From the IMG/VR virus record IMGVR_UViG_3300011918_000036, positions 1-62,424 of that record: a stretch of DNA of 62,424 nt; one strand, 5' to 3'. The stretch's first letter is position 1; each line of letters opens with the position of its first letter. A program made the position numbers and the translations under genes. Source of the DNA: a virus. Taxonomy: Duplodnaviria > Caudoviricetes. This document shows positions 57,339-62,424 of this stretch, one piece after another. A model generated the notes under the pieces. That model saw only the letters and a program-made list of their open reading frames with translations. It did no database searches and was not told the origin of the DNA.

Positions 57339-57524
57339 ATGACATTTGATTTGTTCCCAGATGATGAGAATGATCTGCCGATGTTGGTTGTTCGTATTCA
57401 TATCCAAAAACAAGTAATCCAGCACTATCAAGAGATGCGGCTTCAGCACTGTGTGGAAAAAGAAGCTCAAGAGCTGGATCAGTTGGAAAAAAAGCTAACG
57501 TGGTTATCATTGAAAATTAAGTGA
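57339..57524 (+). CDS. Small hypothetical protein
   Basis: 61 aa, GAGGA RBS. Confidence 0.4.
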   Translation: MTFDLFPDDENDLPMLVVRIHIQKQVIQHYQEMRLQHCVEKEAQELDQLEKKLTWLSLKIK

Positions 57525-57618
57525 GGCGTGTCGCCCGGCCATGCCTTTAACGCCTGGGAATGGGTCTTTTGTTCAGCTGTGCCGGTAACTCTCACGGGCA
57601 TCAAATCTGTTTGTTGCC

Positions 57619-57699
57619 GCGAAATGAGCGAAATCAGCGAAATGTGTTTCGCCACAATGGTTTAGACATGGTCAAGCCTGGCGAAATGAGCGAAATCAG
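57619..57699. repeat. Iteron-like GCGAAATNN repeats
   Basis: Three tandem 9-mers at 57619-57645, inverted TTTCGC, two more 9-mers at 57681-57698. Confidence 0.7.
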
Positions 57700-59069
57700 G
57701 TCGATGCTCCTGGCGCAAGCAAGCGGTAGAACCGCGTTGGTGAGCCGGGGGTGTCAGTGGGTCGTTGCTGCCACTCGACGCAGATTTTCGGTGGAGTTGT
57801 TGAGAGCAGGTAATCCAGGCACGAATCAATCTGTGCCTTGGATGATTTGCCTTTGAAGCAGTCAGAGCTGATTTCACTTCTGGAGGCTTTGCCATGCGCC
57901 TGCAGATAGCTCAGCAGCCTTTGCGCGAGGTGCAGCGCATGCGACATCCTTGCCTCGTCAGTGGCGCTCACAAAAACGTATCGCACTGATTCCATTGCAT
58001 ACCGGATCCAAGCTGCGGCGGCTTCGATGTGTGTCACGTTGATCTGCGTTTGCAGATCAGACAGAGCAAAGATCATTGCCATGCGCAAAAGCATCGGGGC
58101 ACGTCTTTCGAGCATTGCACTGATCAATTCGCTACCAGGATCATCTGATAGCTCAGAACGGTAAAGGTGTGAGTACAGCCAATGGGCTTGTGGTGCGAGC
58201 TCCATTCGAATGCGGTCGCTGCGTTCGTGATTGTCTGCACCGACAAATTGCAGGATCTGACAAACACGATGTGCCAACTCGTCAACCACGGATTGCGAGG
58301 TGGCCTTCGGGAAAGGCAGTATTCGGCTTCGTTCGGCCCATATCATCATGAAGCGATTGGCAAACCCGTTAGTCAATTCCCGTGAGTTCATCAGCGAGGT
58401 CAGTTCACTCGGGGATATTGCTCCGCTGAGGCAAACGTGTGGATGGCTCGCATAAAGCCGATTTGATTTGGTCGCTGGCTTCAGGCACACGCCATCCCAA
58501 CAGTCACGCAGGGCAGCAGACAGCGTGTTGCCTTCCCGTCGGCCTTGATGCAGCACATTGGCGAACTCCGATTCAACAACCCATAGGCGCTTATCTTCTA
58601 TCGGGGGAACATCGTTCTTTCCCTGCTGGTAGCCGTCGTGCATCAGCGCCACCAATCCTTCGCGACTGGACAGTCCGCCTCGGTGAATTTGCGGTGCCAG
58701 TGTCGGTTCGATCCCTCTAAGTGCTTGATCAAGACGCAGAACCAATGACAGAGCGTCACCCTTGCGCCCGCGTCCAGATCTTCCAATATGCAGAAGAAAA
58801 AGGCGGGGATGGTGCCAGGTATTTCCGATGGGTAAGTACACCCCACGGCCAATCGCGCAGGACAAATATGTCATGAAGTTTGCGGCTACGGCGTAGGGAT
58901 TGGTCTCGGTTTCGTCGCCGCCTACTCGTCCAATTTCACCGACTAATCCATAGAGGCAGGCTGGATCTGGTTGCGGTGAATTTCTGTGGACATCAATGTC
59001 GATGGAGTCATCCATGAGAGGCTTTGCAAGACCGTTGGTCTGGCCAGCCGTTTTCGAGGCCTGCTGCAT
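57696..59069 (-). CDS. DUF3987 (YfjI-like) helicase-type protein
   Basis: IGRSGRGRKG P-loop-like motif, SSREGL, ESEFANVL, NGFANRF. Confidence 0.8.
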   Translation of the reverse strand: MQQASKTAGQTNGLAKPLMDDSIDIDVHRNSPQPDPACLYGLVGEIGRVGGDETETNPYAVAANFMTYLSCAIGRGVYLPIGNTWHHPRLFLLHIGRSGRGRKGDALSLVLRLDQALRGIEPTLAPQIHRGGLSSREGLVALMHDGYQQGKNDVPPIEDKRLWVVESEFANVLHQGRREGNTLSAALRDCWDGVCLKPATKSNRLYASHPHVCLSGAISPSELTSLMNSRELTNGFANRFMMIWAERSRILPFPKATSQSVVDELAHRVCQILQFVGADNHERSDRIRMELAPQAHWLYSHLYRSELSDDPGSELISAMLERRAPMLLRMAMIFALSDLQTQINVTHIEAAAAWIRYAMESVRYVFVSATDEARMSHALHLAQRLLSYLQAHGKASRSEISSDCFKGKSSKAQIDSCLDYLLSTTPPKICVEWQQRPTDTPGSPTRFYRLLAPGAST

Positions 59070-59081
59070 TACAGATGCCGC

Positions 59082-59963
59082 TCATTTGTCTAATGCCACT
59101 GTTCTCACAATGTGCTCGAACTCAACAAGCACATCGGGATGGTTGTGGGAAAGGTATCGAATGACGGCTTCGTTATCCAGCAGCTTGACGAGGTAGCCCT
59201 TTGCCAAGACAAGATTTAACACATCTTGCCCGTAGGTCTGTTCAACCAGTTTGAACTGACCCTGTATATTGCCCATCTCCCTTTCCATCTTGGCCATTTG
59301 TTCTGGCGTCAGGCCACCGATCTTCTTGGGCTTGACCTCATCAACCAGCAAATGGCTTGGTGTTGCTGCCAGCAAAGCCTGCGCGTAGGAGACGGTGATG
59401 TTGTTGGTTGCCACCATCAGCTCTACGCACTCAACCTGCCGAGTTGGTTTGAGTTTTCGGATGACTGCCCCAACGTTGGCCGAAAACTGCTGGTCCTTAA
59501 GCAGCTCTGCTGCCTCAGCGCAGACGCCATCAAGAAGGTTCATTTTCTTGATGATGTGGCTGATGTCCACGCTCAGGGCCTGCGCCAGGCGAGCTGGTGT
59601 GACGCCGCGTTCCACAGCACGACGGATCATGAAGTGCTCTTGGATGGTGGACAGCCGATTGATTCGATTGTTGTAGGTATAGGTTTCATCGTCGGTCGCC
59701 ACCAGGCAAGGGGCATCTTTGAAACCGATCTGCTTCATGGCAAATAGCCGAATGTGGCCATCAAGCAAAACATGCATGCCAGTGGTTTTGTCTGGCTTGC
59801 CTATGGTCAACGGCTCAATCAGACCGACGGCATCAATGGACGACTGAATTTGCTTGAATTTTCTGGAGGTGAGCAGACCTTCTGGAACTTTCCGCGAAGG
59901 CAATAGCAAGTCCAGTGAAATCGTCAACGGATCCGGAACGAAGCCAAGGGGCATTTGTGTCAT
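59082..59963 (-). CDS. ParB-like / RepB C-terminal domain protein
   Basis: VGLIEPL, LLDGHIRL, TYNNRINRLSTIQEH. Confidence 0.85.
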   Translation of the reverse strand: MTQMPLGFVPDPLTISLDLLLPSRKVPEGLLTSRKFKQIQSSIDAVGLIEPLTIGKPDKTTGMHVLLDGHIRLFAMKQIGFKDAPCLVATDDETYTYNNRINRLSTIQEHFMIRRAVERGVTPARLAQALSVDISHIIKKMNLLDGVCAEAAELLKDQQFSANVGAVIRKLKPTRQVECVELMVATNNITVSYAQALLAATPSHLLVDEVKPKKIGGLTPEQMAKMEREMGNIQGQFKLVEQTYGQDVLNLVLAKGYLVKLLDNEAVIRYLSHNHPDVLVEFEHIVRTVALDK

Positions 59964-60862
59964 GCTGCATGTCCTCCGTGCCAAACGCGTTCGGCCAGGT
60001 ATTTCGGCAGCGTGTCCAGACCTTCCGCTCGTAGCAGATTGGTGAAGTTTTCGTTGGCCAGCAGCTGGCGCATTGCTTCGACAACAAAGAGAAGTCGCTG
60101 CTGAGCAAACTCCGCCTTCTTCACCATCAGTTTTTGCCGCTCAACTTCCTTCTGGTAATTGCGAATCAGACTGGATGAGGTCACCTCTTCAGCGGCTTTG
60201 CGAGGCGTGCCTCGAGCGATGGAGCGGCCAAGGGTCCTTCTGCGTTCGATCACACGGCGCGCCTGGATGAGTTGCTTGCCCCGCAGCTTCCCCGACTCAT
60301 AGGCTTCTTGCATCGCTGCCTGAATCTCTTTGTCATTGCCAGCCCCTGCAATGGAGAGCGCCGCGTTCAATGGAATGCGGCCACTTTCAACAGCAACCAG
60401 CAATCGCTCTTCTCCATTTTTCAGTAATTGCAGGATGCCGTTCACATAGTCGACACTCAGGCCCGTTTTTTCGGCGATCGATTTTTTGTCATACCCTTGA
60501 TCTCTGAGTTGCTCAATGCCCATGAGCAATTCGAGAGGGCGGCACTGCCTACGCGCAATGTTTTCTGCCAAGCTCATGATGAAGGCATCTTCATCACTGA
60601 CATTGACAACCATGGCCGGGATCAAGGCTTCACCTAAGGTCTTGAACGCTTTGAGCCGCCCCTCGCCACAAATGAGTAAGTATTTCCCTTGGCCACTCTC
60701 ATCTGTTCTGGGGGTGACGGTGATTGGTTTTTTCAGACCGATGGATTTGATGTTGCCTACGATCTCGTCGAAGACCTTGTTGTTTCGCTCTCTGGGGTTC
60801 AAGACCTCAATGCGATCGACAGGAATCATCTGAAGATCTGCAGCCGAATGTTCCAAGCTCAT
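59960..60862 (-). CDS. ParB-like partition protein
   Basis: IGLKKPITV, LICGEGRL, SLAENIAR. Confidence 0.88.
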   Translation of the reverse strand: MSLEHSAADLQMIPVDRIEVLNPRERNNKVFDEIVGNIKSIGLKKPITVTPRTDESGQGKYLLICGEGRLKAFKTLGEALIPAMVVNVSDEDAFIMSLAENIARRQCRPLELLMGIEQLRDQGYDKKSIAEKTGLSVDYVNGILQLLKNGEERLLVAVESGRIPLNAALSIAGAGNDKEIQAAMQEAYESGKLRGKQLIQARRVIERRRTLGRSIARGTPRKAAEEVTSSSLIRNYQKEVERQKLMVKKAEFAQQRLLFVVEAMRQLLANENFTNLLRAEGLDTLPKYLAERVWHGGHAA

Positions 60863-62424
60863 GCTGCCCTCCTGATTCGACTGCGTTCTGCCATGCCGTA
60901 CAGGTAGTCCAGGTTGTCAAAGCGATAGCTTTCATACTCAAGACCGTTGTGATCTGCCAGACTGACGCGAGCTTGGCCAAAATCCAGTCGTGGCAGCAGG
61001 TAGTAGTCCAGTGGAGCCTGGTTGGTCTCATCCAGCCGCACGGCCACGGTAATGTCGGGAGCCAGGCCAGTGTCAAACCGAACCTTCCAGCGCCTTCGCC
61101 CGTTTTCATGGAGCTGGCAACGTGACAAGACCAGTGATGCGGTGAACTCTTGGTTCACATTCAGCATGTCGGTTGCTGGATCCCGCTGCACTGTGCCACC
61201 CAGGTCTGCAATCATCCGTTCGGTGTGAGCAATGATGTCCGGATGCAAGCGCCGCAGGTACTGATTGATCTCAAGGAAGCGGTAATCTCGATCCGGGGTG
61301 TAGCCCACCGCCTGGTAGGCACGAATCAGGCTTCCGAATCGGTGTATGTATGCAGACGCCGATGGCATGCCTTCTGTCTCGTCAATGATCAGCCCCGATA
61401 AGTAGCCTCGGTTCTGATAGAGATTTCGCAGCTTCTCGATCAACTCTTCGTTGCTGTACCGGTGCGCTCTGGCTCGGAGAATTCCCTGTGCGGTGTAGAA
61501 AACTTCCGGTGGCACGATGCCCTCGAACGCCCCCTCTTTCTTGATCCACATGTCTGGTTCATTCGAGACGCGATGCTTCTTGAGCTTGAAGGAGATGCGG
61601 TTGTAGACGTTATTGCCGATGTACTTCTCGTTGGTCAGTACCTCGCGTACTGTTGCACGAGTCCAGTCCCGCTCCAGATCAGTTTGAATGCCCATGGTGT
61701 TGAGCCGTTGGGCAATTTCAAATTCCCGCAACCCATCGTCAATGAACCAGCGATAGATCATGTTGACGTTCTGAATTTCGGGGTCTGGCCCTGGCATCAA
61801 GATGACCCGGTCGGTTTGCAAGCTCTTGTGCTCACCTCGCGAGAGCTCACCTTTGACGGATCCAGTTTGATCAATCAGGACGCGTCGCAGACCATACCCG
61901 GCGGGGCCACCTTGGCGGTATCCGAGCTCGATGAGTCGGCACTGGCCTGCGAAAACCTTCGCCGACAGTTCTCGGCTGTACTCACCAGCCATGGCACGTT
62001 TGACACCCTTAACGATGGTGGACACCGGCGAGCCGTCGTTTTCGAACTGCTCCGCAACGTACACCACATGGATGTTTTTGCGCTTGCAGATGTATTCGTA
62101 ATACGCGCTTTCATCCGCGTCCTGGAATCGTCCCCACCGGCTGACGTCATAAACGAGCACGAGGTTGAAGTCGGCCTGACCTGACTCGACATCATGGATG
62201 AGTTGCTGCAATGCCAGTCGCCCACCGATGTTCAGGCCGCTCTTACCCTCGTCGGCATAAGTGCGCACGATCGCAATATTGCGCCGGGCCGCATACTCAC
62301 GGATCTTGTCTGCCTGGTTTTCCGTTGAGTACTGTTGATGTTCAGTGGACATCCGAACGTATTCGGCTGCTTTGACGTTGCTAGGTTGGTCCGTTGCATC
62401 GTGGATGGACTCTTCTGACTGCAT
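60859..62424 (-). CDS. Large serine recombinase
   Basis: AAEYVRMSTEHQQYS, VYDVSRWGRFQD, YSRELSAKV. Confidence 0.92.
   Translation of the reverse strand: MQSEESIHDATDQPSNVKAAEYVRMSTEHQQYSTENQADKIREYAARRNIAIVRTYADEGKSGLNIGGRLALQQLIHDVESGQADFNLVLVYDVSRWGRFQDADESAYYEYICKRKNIHVVYVAEQFENDGSPVSTIVKGVKRAMAGEYSRELSAKVFAGQCRLIELGYRQGGPAGYGLRRVLIDQTGSVKGELSRGEHKSLQTDRVILMPGPDPEIQNVNMIYRWFIDDGLREFEIAQRLNTMGIQTDLERDWTRATVREVLTNEKYIGNNVYNRISFKLKKHRVSNEPDMWIKKEGAFEGIVPPEVFYTAQGILRARAHRYSNEELIEKLRNLYQNRGYLSGLIIDETEGMPSASAYIHRFGSLIRAYQAVGYTPDRDYRFLEINQYLRRLHPDIIAHTERMIADLGGTVQRDPATDMLNVNQEFTASLVLSRCQLHENGRRRWKVRFDTGLAPDITVAVRLDETNQAPLDYYLLPRLDFGQARVSLADHNGLEYESYRFDNLDYLYGMAERSRIRRAA

Larger units (their letters stand above)
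44357..62424. mobile_element. Defence-rich genomic island with serine recombinase-ParB-ParB-DUF3987 module
   Basis: Restriction-modification genes, visibly AT-richer segments, second large serine recombinase at the window edge; boundaries uncertain. Confidence 0.65.

Overview
Most of the window (about 2.4-44.1 kb) is an apparently intact lambda-like siphovirus prophage; the host is probably a Betaproteobacterium, which is an inference from gene content. It carries an XRE repressor/ImmA pair, a DUF2924 + large serine recombinase, replication/recombination genes, a lambda-like cos candidate, head and tail genes, and a holin/endolysin/spanin cassette. The standout is a ~7.5 kb insert (31955-39450) that splits the conserved tail-tip operon. 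It encodes a repetitive side fibre, a short fibre-like protein ending in a dense Asn-Cys tract (..NCNCGAFNCRTNCNCNCACCGCC), an Ig-like protein, three different Fe(II)/2OG-type oxygenases, a small protein and a radical SAM/SPASM enzyme. This looks like a phage-encoded, RiPP-like system for post-translationally modifying a virion tail/receptor-binding protein. To the right (44.3-62.4 kb) is a defence-rich island: a RAMA-like protein, a PD-(D/E)XK-like protein, SNF2-DUF4391-type III Mod/Res, and an HTH-ImmA operon. It ends in a second serine recombinase-ParB-ParB-DUF3987 module. No rRNA, tRNA or CRISPR array was recognised. All family calls come from motif reading, not database searches.
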